From Opitutales bacterium (GTDB taxonomy: Bacteria > Verrucomicrobiota > Verrucomicrobiia > Opitutales > UBA2987): a DNA stretch of 64,000 nucleotides. The position numbers were made by a program, and so were the translations under genes. The stretch is from NCBI GenBank assembly GCA_965226885.1, contig CBDDEL010000015.1, positions 288,001 through 352,000 on the forward strand, in the 5' to 3' direction. Below the pieces are notes generated by a model that saw nothing but the letters and a program-made list of their open reading frames with translations, made no database searches and was not told the origin of the DNA. Positions 19,288 to 31,134 of the stretch are shown here, one piece after another (positions within the stretch are counted from its first letter, which is position 1; the number at the start of each line of letters is the position of its first letter).

Positions 19288-20109
19288 TTGGCCGTCGGCC
19301 ATTGTTTTTTCAAAAAAATCCTGTCCATGAGCCGAAAAGCTGGCATGTTCTCAGTTAAAAAAACCGAAATTTATTCAATGGGAGATGCGGCAATACTTTT
19401 ATGCGCCGGAAGCGGCCTGCGAATGAGAGGCGAGGTGGTGGATAAATCCCTTGCCCCTCTGCGGGGAAAACCGGCCATGCTTTATTCGCTCGAAGCATTT
19501 GCCAAAACCGAGAATATAAAGCTCGCTGCCATTGTTACACGAGACTCGGAACAACGGAAAAAAATTACGGATTTCATTGTGCAAATACAAGCAAAGGCCG
19601 AGGTGGATATCATCTGGGTTGATGGCGGTAAACGAAGGCAGGATTCAGTCGAAAATGCCCTCCGGAAGATTCCCGCCCGTATCCGAAATGTATTCATTCA
19701 CGATTGCGCCAGGCCGCTGATTCAAAGCCAAACTATCCGCGAATTAACCAAAATCGTAAACAGGGACAAAGGAGTTTGCCTGGCCCATAGAATAGTCGAT
19801 ACAATTAAGGAGGTGGATGGAAAATCGACAGATTTACGGTTATTAAACTTGAAGGACCGAGACCGTAGCCGGCTTTGGGGGATGGAAACACCACAAGTTT
19901 TTGGGCGCGATCTGATATGCGCGGCCTACGAACAATCGCAAAGAGAAGGATGGGAAATAACGGATGACGCTTCCGCTTTTATTCGCTCCGGGCATAGGGT
20001 TTCCCTGCTGGAAACTCCCTACCCCAATCCAAAATTGACTGTTCCCGAAGATATCGCCATTATAGAGCATTTATTGGCCAAAATCCAGATACCTTACGGA
20101 CTCGCTTAA
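19288..20109 (+). CDS. ispD: MEP cytidylyltransferase (true start probably a downstream ATG)
   Basis: AGSGLRM, GGKRRQDSV, IHDCARP, TPQVF and TDDAS motifs. Confidence 0.92.
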   Translation: MAVGHCFFKKILSMSRKAGMFSVKKTEIYSMGDAAILLCAGSGLRMRGEVVDKSLAPLRGKPAMLYSLEAFAKTENIKLAAIVTRDSEQRKKITDFIVQIQAKAEVDIIWVDGGKRRQDSVENALRKIPARIRNVFIHDCARPLIQSQTIRELTKIVNRDKGVCLAHRIVDTIKEVDGKSTDLRLLNLKDRDRSRLWGMETPQVFGRDLICAAYEQSQREGWEITDDASAFIRSGHRVSLLETPYPNPKLTVPEDIAIIEHLLAKIQIPYGLA

Positions 20110-20120
20110 AATTAATCACC

Positions 20121-20609
20121 ATGGCGGCTAAATATCGTGTAGGCAATGGTTACGATGTTCACCGGCTGACCACCGGCCGGCCGCTCATTCTGGGCGGCAT
20201 TCATATTCCTTTCAGTCAGGGTCTGGAAGGCCATTCCGATGCGGATTGCCTGACTCATGCCATTGCCGATTCTATTCTGGGCGCCGCCGGGCTGCCTGAC
20301 ATCGGCCATTATTTTCCGGATACGGACCCCCAATATAAAGGCATTGATTCCCGGGAAATTTTAAAACGGGCCTGCGCCGAGACCGCCCAACTGGGTTTTG
20401 CAATCGGCAATATCGACTCGGTAATCATCGCCGAGGCCCCCAAAATGGGGCCTCATCTAGCGGCCATGAAAGAAAGTCTGGCGGCCACCATGAAGATACC
20501 GATTGCGGCCATCGGCATCAAAGCCACCACCCATGAGAAACTGGGTGATTTGGGGAAAGGCCTGGGCATCGCCGTTCAGGCTGTAAGCCTTTTAGAATCC
20601 GTCAATTAA
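20121..20609 (+). CDS. ispF: MECDP synthase
   Basis: GYDVH, GHSDAD, DIGHYFPD and KATT motifs. Confidence 0.96.
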   Translation: MAAKYRVGNGYDVHRLTTGRPLILGGIHIPFSQGLEGHSDADCLTHAIADSILGAAGLPDIGHYFPDTDPQYKGIDSREILKRACAETAQLGFAIGNIDSVIIAEAPKMGPHLAAMKESLAATMKIPIAAIGIKATTHEKLGDLGKGLGIAVQAVSLLESVN

Positions 20610-21000
20610 AGAACCGCTCAATCTCGGCCCTGGCATTTTCTGGGCTGTCCGATGCGTGGACAATATTTCGCATTTTACTGGTGCCCAAATCGCCCCGTAC
20701 GGTGCCTTTGGGGGCGATGGTTGAATCGGTGGGCCCGAGAAGCATGCGGACGCGGGCAACGATGTTGTCGCCTTCAAATATCATAAGCAAAACAGGGCAC
20801 GAACTCATGAATCCAACGATTTTGTCAAAAAAAGACAAATGAGTCAGATGAGCGTAATGCTCATTCAGGAGATCGTGGGTTAGGGTCATCATTTTGCTGT
20901 TGCAAATGGAGAAGCCCTCGGCCTCGAAACGCCGAATAACTTCCCCGGCGTACCCTTTCTGCATGCAATCCGGTTTAAATATAATGAGAGTTTTTTCCAT
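20602..21000 (-). CDS. ndk: Nucleoside-diphosphate kinase
   Basis: KPD, GTVRGD and NIVHASDS motifs. Confidence 0.96.
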   Translation of the reverse strand: MEKTLIIFKPDCMQKGYAGEVIRRFEAEGFSICNSKMMTLTHDLLNEHYAHLTHLSFFDKIVGFMSSCPVLLMIFEGDNIVARVRMLLGPTDSTIAPKGTVRGDLGTSKMRNIVHASDSPENARAEIERFFN

Positions 21001-21085
21001 AGAGGTCCAATTGGTTGGGAATGGGGTATGTAAGACCCTTTACCATATTGACAAGCCTTAAAAGCAACGTAATCGAAGACCTTTT

Positions 21086-24058
21086 TCAATTATTAACAGA
21101 CTGGATAAGTTTGTCCAAAGACTGGTCCAACATGCTGCCTTCCGGGGGATTCAATCTTTGCCTGGCCATTGCAGCCATGCTGCGAGCTTCGCGCCGATGG
21201 CCGGCGTTGGCAAGTTGATGGACAAACGGATAGACAATTCGGTCAAAAATATCCATTCCACCGGCTTGGCCGAATTGAATAAGGATGACGCGAAACTGCC
21301 GCAATTGCACATGCAGGGGATCGTTGCGGCCGCTTTCTTTTAATATGAGGGCGGCCTCCTGAATGCTCAGATCCATCCGTTCAGCTTTATTTTTGCTGAC
21401 CACGTGTCCTTTTTCGAGTCTTGCCCTGCTCAATTCACCCCGCGCCACGAGGCTTTCGTTTACCCGATTCAGGTAATAGGTTTCGAGGTCGGGGTAATTT
21501 GCGAAAACGCGCACCGCCCGGCGAAGGATGGTTTCGACATCCTTGGGGTCGTCACTGGTGCGGCGGGTCGTCTCGACCAAAATTTCCCAAGCCTGCTGAT
21601 TTCGCCGTTCGTAACGGAGCGCTTTTTCAGCCGCTTGCCTGGCCACATCGAGATCGGACATAGTGAGAAACTTGAAGGCGAAATTACTGTGGAAAACCGA
21701 CTGAATGTAATAATGGGTATGGCGAAAGCCCTCGGAAAGGAAAGCCAGGTCGTGATCGCTGATGTCGGCCCAGGTTTGGGGGTCGTGCGCATAGCCGGTC
21801 ACGTAGCGGTTTTCCCCATATCGGCCGGCATCAAACTCCCAGTGGCCGGAGGGCTGCAAATAGCCGAACCAGGCGTGCCGGCCGGTCAATCCGGCCCCTC
21901 GAAAAATAAGCGTGGGAATACCCTTTGCTTTGCCCGATTGGGAGGCGAAATAAGCTTGGTCCACGCAGATTCCCCCATTTTTTAGAATGGTCGGCAATCG
22001 GTAGTCGGACCCGTTCCAGACGAAGCGGTTTTGTTCGACGCGATCGATACGGTAGGCAACGCTACTGTAAACTTGCTTAAAATCGTCCGCCTTTTCTTTA
22101 ACATTTTGATGGGCCCAGCGCAATTCGTCGAAACCGGCCGGAGTATCGATCAGAAATTTCAGCTTTTCAACCGTCAAGAGGGTCAGGTTATGAGCGGAAA
22201 GCCGTTTTTCGTTCAGGTTTTTCAAATATTCAAAAGCGGCCGAAACCTCGGGCAGACGGCGCGGGAGCACGCGGTCCGGCACCTGAATGTGGGGCCAACC
22301 GGGAGGCGGAGGCACATCGTAAACAATAGACATGGCCACGGCCAGCCGCAGGTATTTTTTAAAGTGGACCGTGTATTCCCGGTAAAGCGATTCCAGAATT
22401 TTGAACGATTCCACCAGATTGTCGGCCGGATTAAGGAGACTGAAAAACTCCCTCGAAAAAGCGATATCCTTTAACAGGATAATTTTTAATTCCGGGGAGA
22501 GAAAGTCTCCCAAAACACCATCGCCGTAAGGATACTTCTTATACCAAATCGCAAAAGGATTGATAAAGATTAAAAAACAGCTATAAAGGCGGAATGAGAA
22601 GATATATGGGAACCGATGAAGACCGTGAACGTATCAAGAAATTGCTCAACAAAGAGGCTGTCGGCTGGCGTAAAGAGCGTTTGGTGGCATTAAAAATGGG
22701 CTTCCAGCCGCACCACAGCATTGATGAAATTGGAGCCATCGTGGGCCGAGGCAAAGCGACGATCCAGCGTTGGTTTGACAAATATCGTGCTGCAGGGCTC
22801 GGGGCGGTGCTTACACGCGCCTACAAAGGCGGGATCAAAAGCCGTTGCGACAAAGAGGTGGAGGCCTTCTTGCTCAATGGTTTGAAGGTCGCGCGCTGGA
22901 ACACAGCCGTTCAGGCGGGGCAAGAGCTGGAGCGACATTTCGGGCGCTCCTTCGCCTACAAGACGGTGTGGCGATGGCTAAAAAAATGCGCCGGGGTGCT
23001 TCGAGTCCCTCGCCCCGTGCATGAGAAACGGGACTCGGCAAAAGCGGAAGCGTTCAAGCGAGACTTTTCTAAGATCCTCCAGGAGCTTTCCCTCACCCGA
23101 GGCAATCGGATTCGGGTGTGGTTTGCCGATGAAAGCCGTTTTGGTTTGCTTCCGGTGTACCGCCGGTGCTGGACGCAAAGAGGGCTTCGGCCGCACAAAA
23201 AATATCAGACAAGATACCAGTGGAGCTACTGTTACGGAGCCCTCGACGTGGTCAACGGCGAGATGGTATGCATCCAAACCCCTAGCACGAATCTACAGTG
23301 GACGGAGGCTTTCCTCCAACAGATCAAAAAGCAATATCCTGAGGAGGAACATGTGGTTGTATGGGACGGGGCAGGCTTCCATCCGCACGACTCGGAGCAC
23401 CCCAACGTCCCCCCGGGCATACATATCGTGAATTTGCCGCCGTATAGTCCTGAACTCAACCCGATTGAAAGACTTTGGGATATGATACAGGATCAAACGG
23501 CCAACAAACTGTGGCCGAGCATTGAGCGACTCGAAGAAGTCGTCGCAACCCATCTCAAAGACTGGTGGGAGGACACTGAAAAAGTCCTCTCTTTAGTTGG
23601 CGGAGGCTGGCAGCACATTCAAGCAAACGCTTCTGCCAAATAACTTATTATCATACCTAATGAGATTTGGTATTAGTCATGTTGGCATGACCCAGGCGGG
23701 AGCGATTCATGTGCTCGATCCAGGCATTGATAAATCCGCCTTCATTTTTGGCGAAGAGGCGAGACCAGCGGTAAAGGAAATACCACTGCTCGGCATGTTC
23801 CTCCCCATTGCGGTAGGCTTCCAGGGCTATTTGCCGCAGGGCCAGGGCGGTCTTGGTCCAGCCTCTGTCCTGGCCCGTGCGGACAACTCGATCGACGCCT
23901 TGCCCAAATGGTGTGACGAAACCCATTTCGGCTCCCGGCGATTTCCCCAGGGCATTTGGCAAAAACAAGCCACCAATGATGACCCATACCGCAGTAAAAG
24001 CCGCAAAAGGCTGGAGTTGCCTTCTAAGATCAACCATAGTCGAAGGAGTCCTCGACAA
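21086..24058 (-). pseudogene. Exported protein with transglutaminase-like motifs, split by IS630
   Basis: Removing the IS and one copy of the target gives a continuous frame ...GHANMTKKYPYGDGVLGDF...; GGICVDQAY...HAW...D motif. Confidence 0.8.
22542..23673 (+). mobile_element. IS630-family element (transposase 22594-23643)
   Basis: IR TACCAAATC; TA (or TTA) duplicated target; WFADESRFG, WDGAGFH and LPPYSPELNPIE motifs. Confidence 0.95.
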
Positions 24059-24081
24059 GCGGACTTTTTAAATAAATGGGT

Positions 24082-26577
24082 TCAGGAAACCTTGGAAGCG
24101 GTTTGATCTTGCTTGAAGATGAGGTGGTCGCCCTCTTCATCGACCTCGACCCGGATGGGATCGCCTTTTTTGACGTCTCCCCGGAGGATGGCTTCGGCCA
24201 GTGGATCTTCCAAATGGCGCTCCACCGCCCGGCGCAGGGGCCGGGCGCCGTATTTTTCGTCGTAGCCGTTTTCGATCAGAAAGTCTTTTGCTTCGGCGCT
24301 GAACTCAAAAACGATTTCCCTTTCCTTCAACCTCTGGGCCACACTATCCAGTTCAAGATCGACGATTTTGAGCAGGTGTTTCTTGGTCAGAGTGCGGAAT
24401 ACGACAATTTCGTTCACCCGGTTGAGAAACTCGGGTTTGAAAATGCGCTTGGATTCTTCCAGGATTTTTTCTTTTACCTTTTCAAAGGCACCATCGTCCG
24501 GGCCGCCACCGCCAAATCCAAGGGAGTGGGATCTTTGTAAAATCTGGGCGCCCACATTGGAGGTCATAATGATGATGGTGTTGCGAAAATCGACGGCCCG
24601 TCCAAGGCTGTCGGTCAATCGCCCATCTTCCAGGATTTGCAAGAGCAACTGGACAACGTCGGGGTGGGCTTTTTCAATTTCGTCGAAGAGAACTACACAA
24701 TAGGGTTTTCTGCGAACGGTTTCGGTCAACTGCCCGCCTTCTTCGTAACCGACATAGCCGGGCGGCGATCCGATGAGCCGGGAAACAGAAAATTTTTCCA
24801 TATATTCGGACATGTCGATCTGCACGATGGCATCCTGCTCACCGAACATTTTCTCCGCCAGGACTTTGGCCAAATGGGTCTTGCCTACCCCGGTGGGACC
24901 CAAAAACAGAAAGGAGCCGATAGGCCGGCGCGGATCCTTGAGATCGGCGCGAGAGCGGCGCAAGGCCCGCCCGATGACCTCCGTGGCGGGGTTCTGGCCT
25001 ACCACAAAGTACTGTAAATCTGCTTCCAGCTTGAGCAGTTTGGCGGTTTCCTTTTCCTCCATGCGGCTGAGGGGAATGCCCGTCCAACCGGAAACGATCT
25101 GCAGCATCTCGTCCTCGTCCACCGTAATGGGCGTTTCTTCGCGGGTTTTCTTCCACTCCTGCAGAGCGGCTTCGCGCTTGGCCCGTAATTGTTTTTCCTC
25201 GTCGCGGTACTTGGCCGCCTCCTCGAAATGCTGTTTGCTGATGGCTTCTTCTTTTTGCTGGCAAACTTCCTCGATTTTGTGGCCCATTTCCTCGATTTCA
25301 GGAGGCCGGTTGAGAGAATCGATGCGGGCCCGGGCTCCGGATTCATCCAGCACGTCGATCGCTTTGTCCGGCAGGTAGCGACCGGTGACGTAGCGGTTGG
25401 ACAACTTGGCGGCCGCCTCGATGGCTTTGACGGTGTAGGTGACCTTGTGGTGCTCCTCGTATTTGTGGCGTATGCCGTGGAGGATTTTAATGGTATCATC
25501 GACGGACGGAGCATCAACTATGACGCTCTGGAAACGGCGATCAAGTGCGCTGTCCTTCTCGATGTGCTTTCGGTATTCCCCCAAGGTGGTGGCCCCGATG
25601 CACTGCAACTCTCCCCTCGAAAGGGCAGGCTTGAAAATATTGGAGGCATCCATGGCCCCTTCGGCCGCCCCGGCTCCCACAATGGTGTGCAATTCGTCGA
25701 TAAAAATGATGACGTTTTTAGCCCTGCGGATTTCGTCCATGACGGCTTTGATGCGCTCCTCAAACTGACCGCGGTATTTGGTTCCGGCCACCATGAGAGC
25801 CAAGTCGAGGGTGATCACCTTCTTGTCGGCCAGAATTTCCGGCACCAGATCGTTGGAGATTTCCTGGGCAAGACCTTCCACGATGGCGGTCTTGCCGACG
25901 CCAGCCTCCCCGATGAGCACGGGGTTGTTTTTGGTGCGCCGGCAGAGAATCTGGATGACTCGGCGTATTTCCTGTTTGCGGCCGATTACCGGATCGAGTT
26001 CCTTATTGCGGGCAAGCTCCGTCAAGTCGCGCCCGAAGGCCTTCAAGGCCGGTGTTTTTACCTCCTTTTTCTCCTCCCCACCGATTCCGGCAGTGGAGGG
26101 AATGGCCTCTTCATGGTCGCCCGTAAAATTGGGATCCAATTCGCTTAAAATTTCGTTGCGGCAACGCTCAATGTCCACATCGAGGCTTTTCAGAACCCGC
26201 GCCGCCACGCCCGCGCCTTCACGCAAAAGGCCGAGCAGGATGTGCTCGGTGCCGACATAGCTATGGTTCAAGGCACGGGCTTCTTTTCCGGCCAGGGCGA
26301 GCACTTTTTTCACCCTGGGGGTATAGGGAATGTTGCCAGTGGGCTTGGATTCCGGGCCTTTGCCGACCTGCTTTTCCACCGCCGAGCGCACGGTTTCCAA
26401 ATCCAGTCCCATTTTTTGAAGGACATTGACGGCGACTCCCTGCCCCAGATTGATCAATCCGAGCAGAAGGTGTTCGGTCCCCACATAATTATGATGGAAC
26501 CGGTCCGCTTCTTTGCGGGCCAGGGCCAAAACCTGCTGGGCTCTGGGTGTAAAATTATTCATCGGTTCCATTGGCAT
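24082..26577 (-). CDS. clpC: ATP-dependent Clp protease ATPase ClpC
   Basis: Clp-N repeats, two AAA+ modules ([16 protein letters not shown]) and a UVR segment. Confidence 0.97.
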   Translation of the reverse strand: MPMEPMNNFTPRAQQVLALARKEADRFHHNYVGTEHLLLGLINLGQGVAVNVLQKMGLDLETVRSAVEKQVGKGPESKPTGNIPYTPRVKKVLALAGKEARALNHSYVGTEHILLGLLREGAGVAARVLKSLDVDIERCRNEILSELDPNFTGDHEEAIPSTAGIGGEEKKEVKTPALKAFGRDLTELARNKELDPVIGRKQEIRRVIQILCRRTKNNPVLIGEAGVGKTAIVEGLAQEISNDLVPEILADKKVITLDLALMVAGTKYRGQFEERIKAVMDEIRRAKNVIIFIDELHTIVGAGAAEGAMDASNIFKPALSRGELQCIGATTLGEYRKHIEKDSALDRRFQSVIVDAPSVDDTIKILHGIRHKYEEHHKVTYTVKAIEAAAKLSNRYVTGRYLPDKAIDVLDESGARARIDSLNRPPEIEEMGHKIEEVCQQKEEAISKQHFEEAAKYRDEEKQLRAKREAALQEWKKTREETPITVDEDEMLQIVSGWTGIPLSRMEEKETAKLLKLEADLQYFVVGQNPATEVIGRALRRSRADLKDPRRPIGSFLFLGPTGVGKTHLAKVLAEKMFGEQDAIVQIDMSEYMEKFSVSRLIGSPPGYVGYEEGGQLTETVRRKPYCVVLFDEIEKAHPDVVQLLLQILEDGRLTDSLGRAVDFRNTIIIMTSNVGAQILQRSHSLGFGGGGPDDGAFEKVKEKILEESKRIFKPEFLNRVNEIVVFRTLTKKHLLKIVDLELDSVAQRLKEREIVFEFSAEAKDFLIENGYDEKYGARPLRRAVERHLEDPLAEAILRGDVKKGDPIRVEVDEEGDHLIFKQDQTASKVS

Positions 26578-26598
26578 GATTACTGGTATATAGAAAAT

Positions 26599-27678
26599 TT
26601 ATTTTAGTTTGTCAAAATTAAGTGTCGGCCATGTCGATAATTGTTCTCGAATATACGTTGCCCGGTGTTCATCGCGTTCTTCCGGAGCGCCCTTCCCCCG
26701 GCAGGCATATTGGATATGCCCTGGTTGGCTCTCAATCATAATTCGATCCACGCTGCGGCGGAACTTGCTCGGAAACAGGTCCAGATCGACAGCCAGCCTG
26801 AGCAGGGAGAGCAGTTTCATGGTTTCCGCTGAACTGAGGATATGACTGTGCTGCAAAACCCCGTAGGCGCGTCCGATTTTATCGCAAATTTTTGCCCGTT
26901 CTTTTTCCAACAGAACCAGCCGGGCATTCTTTTCCTGTTCCAATACGGAGGTCAGGACATTGTGCAGCCGGGCATATATATCCTCTTCGCTCTCTCCCAG
27001 AGTCTGCTGGTTGGAAATCTGAAAAATGCTTCCGCTGGCATCGGAGCCTTCGCCGAAGAGTCCGCGCACCGCTATGCCCAGTTGGTTAACGGCCCTTACC
27101 ACTTTTTCCATCTGGCTGGACAAAACGAGGCCGGGCAGGTGCATCATGGCCGAGCAGCGCAATCCCGTACCGACATTGGTGGGGCAAGCGGTTAAATAAC
27201 CCAAATCGCAGGAGAATGCGTAATCCAAATCCTCCTCCAATTTTGAATCGACCAAATTAACGGCCTCCCAAAGTTGCTGGAATTGAAATCCTCTGCTCAC
27301 CAACTGTATGCGCAAGTGGTCTTCTTCGTTGACCATGATCGAGAGAGTCTGGTCCTGGCTGATGCAAACGCCGGCGCCTTCCCGGCAGCCCATCAGCTCG
27401 CGGCTGATCAGCCGCCTTTCCATCAAAATTTGTTTTTCCAGGTCCTCCAGGTCTTCAATGGCCAGCGAATCGCTATTTTCCATTTCAGACAATTTGCCCA
27501 AGGCATTGAGACATGAGGACAAAATGTCCTTCTTTTGAGACTTTTTGGCCCACCCCGGAAAAGGGTATTTTTCCAGGTTGCGGGCAAGCCTTACTCTTGT
27601 GCTGATGACCACGGGCGTACCTTCCCCAAGGGCCTCGGCCAAGGCGCCCGGATTTTCAAGTATGCGGTCAATTTTCAT
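26599..27678 (-). CDS. mcsB: Protein arginine kinase
   Basis: STRVRLARN, NEEDH and YLTACPTNVGTG motifs. Confidence 0.95.
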   Translation of the reverse strand: MKIDRILENPGALAEALGEGTPVVISTRVRLARNLEKYPFPGWAKKSQKKDILSSCLNALGKLSEMENSDSLAIEDLEDLEKQILMERRLISRELMGCREGAGVCISQDQTLSIMVNEEDHLRIQLVSRGFQFQQLWEAVNLVDSKLEEDLDYAFSCDLGYLTACPTNVGTGLRCSAMMHLPGLVLSSQMEKVVRAVNQLGIAVRGLFGEGSDASGSIFQISNQQTLGESEEDIYARLHNVLTSVLEQEKNARLVLLEKERAKICDKIGRAYGVLQHSHILSSAETMKLLSLLRLAVDLDLFPSKFRRSVDRIMIESQPGHIQYACRGKGAPEERDEHRATYIREQLSTWPTLNFDKLK

Positions 27679-28241
27679 TTTTCTCCGATTTCAGCGGCAG
27701 TTTGGGATGTTTTTTTCAGGTTTTCGATTTTGTCGCGGCAAACGGCAGCATCTTCGTATCTCTCCTCTTTAACGGCAATATTCAGCTCGCCTTCTAGCTT
27801 TTGTAATTGTTTGTTAAAATTTAGATGTTCGAGCGAGCGATGGGGAATTTTCCCCTGGTGCGAAATGCTTTTATGCATTTTCGCCAACATGGGTTCTATC
27901 AATGGCTTAAGGTAATCGTAACAGTCCGGGCAGCCAAGCCGTCCATGTCGATTGAAATCGTTTGAAGAAAGGCCGCAACGCTTGCAGATTATCGATTTTT
28001 CAAGGGAAATTGTTTCCAGTTTTTGGCCGGAGGAAGGAGCAAAAAGGTCTTCCAGGGAAAAAACATCCGGGTCGGTCATTCCTTTGGCCTCCGCGCAATC
28101 CTCACAAAGATGGATTTTGTGGATTTTATTATGGGCAATTTGCGTCAGGTGAACCGTGGCCGCCTGATCGCATACCTGGCATTGAATGGGCTCTCCCATG
28201 ATAAGTTTATGAATTGAGGGCTGCCGATTGTGTTCGTTCAA
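27675..28241 (-). CDS. mcsA: McsA (CxxC motifs plus UVR domain)
   Basis: Four CxxC motifs, HQGKIP, ERYEDAAVCRD; directly upstream of mcsB. Confidence 0.9.
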   Translation of the reverse strand: MNEHNRQPSIHKLIMGEPIQCQVCDQAATVHLTQIAHNKIHKIHLCEDCAEAKGMTDPDVFSLEDLFAPSSGQKLETISLEKSIICKRCGLSSNDFNRHGRLGCPDCYDYLKPLIEPMLAKMHKSISHQGKIPHRSLEHLNFNKQLQKLEGELNIAVKEERYEDAAVCRDKIENLKKTSQTAAEIGEK

Positions 28242-28374
28242 ATGAGTATTACCCTGTTAATATTTAATATTTCTTCTCTCCTTTCAAATACAATGAGCAA
28301 AAATTGGGCCAAAATATTTCATGGGCCGCAACAAGTATTAAAGACCTTTCTACATCGGCATAAGACACCGCTGC

Positions 28375-29247
28375 CTAAAGAAATGTGCCATTGCCATCAT
28401 GGGTAGCTAAATTTTTGTAGGTTTCCATAAATTGGATGGTTACTGGGCCGGGTAAGCCGTTTCCCATTTTGCGCCCGTCAATCTCCGTTACCGGCACTAC
28501 TTCAGCTGCCGTGCCGGTGATGAAACATTCTTGCGCCACCCAAAGGTCATAACGGGTAAGGTTGGTTTCAACCACTTCGATACCGCTCTCCCGGGCCATG
28601 TCTATAACCACTTGCCTGGTTATGCCCAGCAGCGCTCCGGCATAGGACGGCGGGGTGTAAACGATTCCTTTTTGCGCGATGAACAGGTTCTCGGTGGTGC
28701 ATTCGCTGACATAACCCTGGTCGTTCATCATGATGGCCTCCATGCAGCCTGCGTTGATCGCCTCAATTTTGGCCAGGATATTGTTGAGGTAATTGAGGGA
28801 CTTAATGTTCGAGGGCAAGGAACCGGGACCGTTGCGCCGCGTTGGAACTGTTATTATTTTCAACCCTTCGGTGTAATATTCTTCCGGAAAAAGCTGAATG
28901 GCATCAGCGATCACGATGAGCTGAGGGTCCTTGCATTTAAAGGGATTGAGCCCCAAAGTTCCACGGCCCCGGGTGACCACGAGCCGGATATATCCATCTG
29001 TAATGCCATTGCCGCGGCAGGTATCGCAAACGGCCTCGGCGATCTCCTGGCGGCTCCAGGGCAGCCCCAACAAGATAGCCTTTGCCGAATACTCCAGCCG
29101 CTCAAGGTGCGCATCGAGCTTGAAAACACACTTGTTATAAACACGAATCCCCTCGAAAACGCCATATCCATAAAGAAGGCCATGGTCGAATACGGATACC
29201 CGCGCCTCTTCCTCATCCACTAATTTACCGTTCAGAAAAACTTTCAT
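28375..29247 (-). CDS. ilvE: Branched-chain amino acid aminotransferase
   Basis: DHGLLYG, FEGIR, KSLNYLNN and LLGITR motifs. Confidence 0.95.
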   Translation of the reverse strand: MKVFLNGKLVDEEEARVSVFDHGLLYGYGVFEGIRVYNKCVFKLDAHLERLEYSAKAILLGLPWSRQEIAEAVCDTCRGNGITDGYIRLVVTRGRGTLGLNPFKCKDPQLIVIADAIQLFPEEYYTEGLKIITVPTRRNGPGSLPSNIKSLNYLNNILAKIEAINAGCMEAIMMNDQGYVSECTTENLFIAQKGIVYTPPSYAGALLGITRQVVIDMARESGIEVVETNLTRYDLWVAQECFITGTAAEVVPVTEIDGRKMGNGLPGPVTIQFMETYKNLATHDGNGTFL

Positions 29248-29421
29248 TGCATCATTATCGAATTTATATGTGAAAATAGGGATTTTTGATAGAATTTCAT
29301 CGTTTGTCTAGCGAGAATGAAAAGCATTACCGGAGATGAATTGCAACACCGCATAAGATTTTCAATAATTTAAACAATTGATCTATAGAACTTTAGAACA
29401 CCATATTATAAATTATAAATT

Positions 29422-30582
29422 ATGAAAAACACTTCAGTCGGTCTCATCGGTTGCGGAAAAATCAGTTCGGCCTACATCGAATGCATCGAAAATTTCGATC
29501 ATTTGCAATTGAGGGCCTGCGCCGATATCAATCCCGCAGCATCCAGGGAAAAAGCGCAGGAATACAGCATTCCCAAGGCTTGCCCAGTTGAAGAACTGCT
29601 TGATGATCCTGGCATCGACATCGTCCTCAATCTCACCATCCCCGCGGCACATGCCGGGGTGTCTAAAGCCGCCCTTCTCAAAGGCAAACACGTTTATTGT
29701 GAAAAACCCTTGGCCCTGAACCGCCGCGATGGCCGGGAATTGCTCGCATTGGCCGCCCGAAACGGTCTTCGCATCGGCTGCGCCCCAGATACCTTTCTGG
29801 GCAGTGGCCTACAAACCTGCCGACTATTAATTGATAGCGGCGCCATCGGCGAACCGCATGCCGCCACCGCCTTCATGGCCGGCCCCGGGCCGGAAAGTTG
29901 GCACCCTAATCCCTCTTTTTACTACCAGAAAGGAGGTGGACCGCTTTTCGATATGGGACCCTATTATTTGACTGCCCTGGTTTTTCTCCTCGGACCGGCT
30001 AAACGGGTGACGGCAATTTCACAAATTTCCATGCCCGAAAGAGTGGCAACCTGTGAAGAACAATATGGATTGCACATAAAAGTAGAGACCCCCACCCACT
30101 ACAGCGGCCTCCTTGAATTTGAATGCGGCGCCCTCATCACCACCATGTTCACCTTCGACGCCATGGGCCGCGCAACTCATCCGCATATGGAAATCTATGG
30201 GAGCAAGGGAACCCTCATTTGCCCCAATCCCAATAAATTCGACGACCCCGTCCTCCTGAAAACATCAACAGATGAAGAATGGCAAAACATTGAGCACACC
30301 CACAACCACTTTTCCGGCAGAGGAATAGGCCTGGCCGATATGGCCCGTTCTATTGATGAAAATCGCCTCCACCGGGCCAATGACCAATTGGCCTATCACA
30401 TTCTGGACATCATGCAGGGATTCGACGAATCCAGCCAAAACCGCCAACCCCTGGAAATCCAAAGCACCTGCCTCAAATCCGAACCCCTGCCGCCTGATTT
30501 CTCCGCTGAGGACTGGCTTCTTCCCAAACCAAAACCGGAACCGGAGGAAGCACCCGGTGCCGCTTCGAGTGAAAATGCTTGA
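29422..30582 (+). CDS. Gfo/Idh/MocA oxidoreductase
   Basis: GCGKIS, HVYCEKP and GGGPLFDMGPYY motifs. Confidence 0.9.
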   Translation: MKNTSVGLIGCGKISSAYIECIENFDHLQLRACADINPAASREKAQEYSIPKACPVEELLDDPGIDIVLNLTIPAAHAGVSKAALLKGKHVYCEKPLALNRRDGRELLALAARNGLRIGCAPDTFLGSGLQTCRLLIDSGAIGEPHAATAFMAGPGPESWHPNPSFYYQKGGGPLFDMGPYYLTALVFLLGPAKRVTAISQISMPERVATCEEQYGLHIKVETPTHYSGLLEFECGALITTMFTFDAMGRATHPHMEIYGSKGTLICPNPNKFDDPVLLKTSTDEEWQNIEHTHNHFSGRGIGLADMARSIDENRLHRANDQLAYHILDIMQGFDESSQNRQPLEIQSTCLKSEPLPPDFSAEDWLLPKPKPEPEEAPGAASSENA

Positions 30583-30748
30583 AATAGTCATTAATAAGAC
30601 GAATATATAGTAGTTGCTAGGTAGGATAACTCAAAAGCAAATAGTTCTTTGAAGTTGGCGCCGCAAACTGCCCTTCATCCCATAATTGAAAAAGCGAGAT
30701 AAAATAACCGCTGTTTTCACCAAAAAATTTAAAGCAAAACACTTTCAT

Positions 30749-31108
<360 letters not shown>

Positions 31109-31134
31109 TAAATATTTTATAATCTATTGATTAT

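Noticed and set aside
28242..28374. CtsR or CIRCE operator upstream of mcsA
   Set aside because: No convincing match to either consensus
28386..28397. 6-bp tandem TGCCAT at the ilvE 3' end (also GGCAAT twice at 41959-41970)
   Set aside because: Short enough to arise by chance and no sister copy to polarise; excluded from the duplication list
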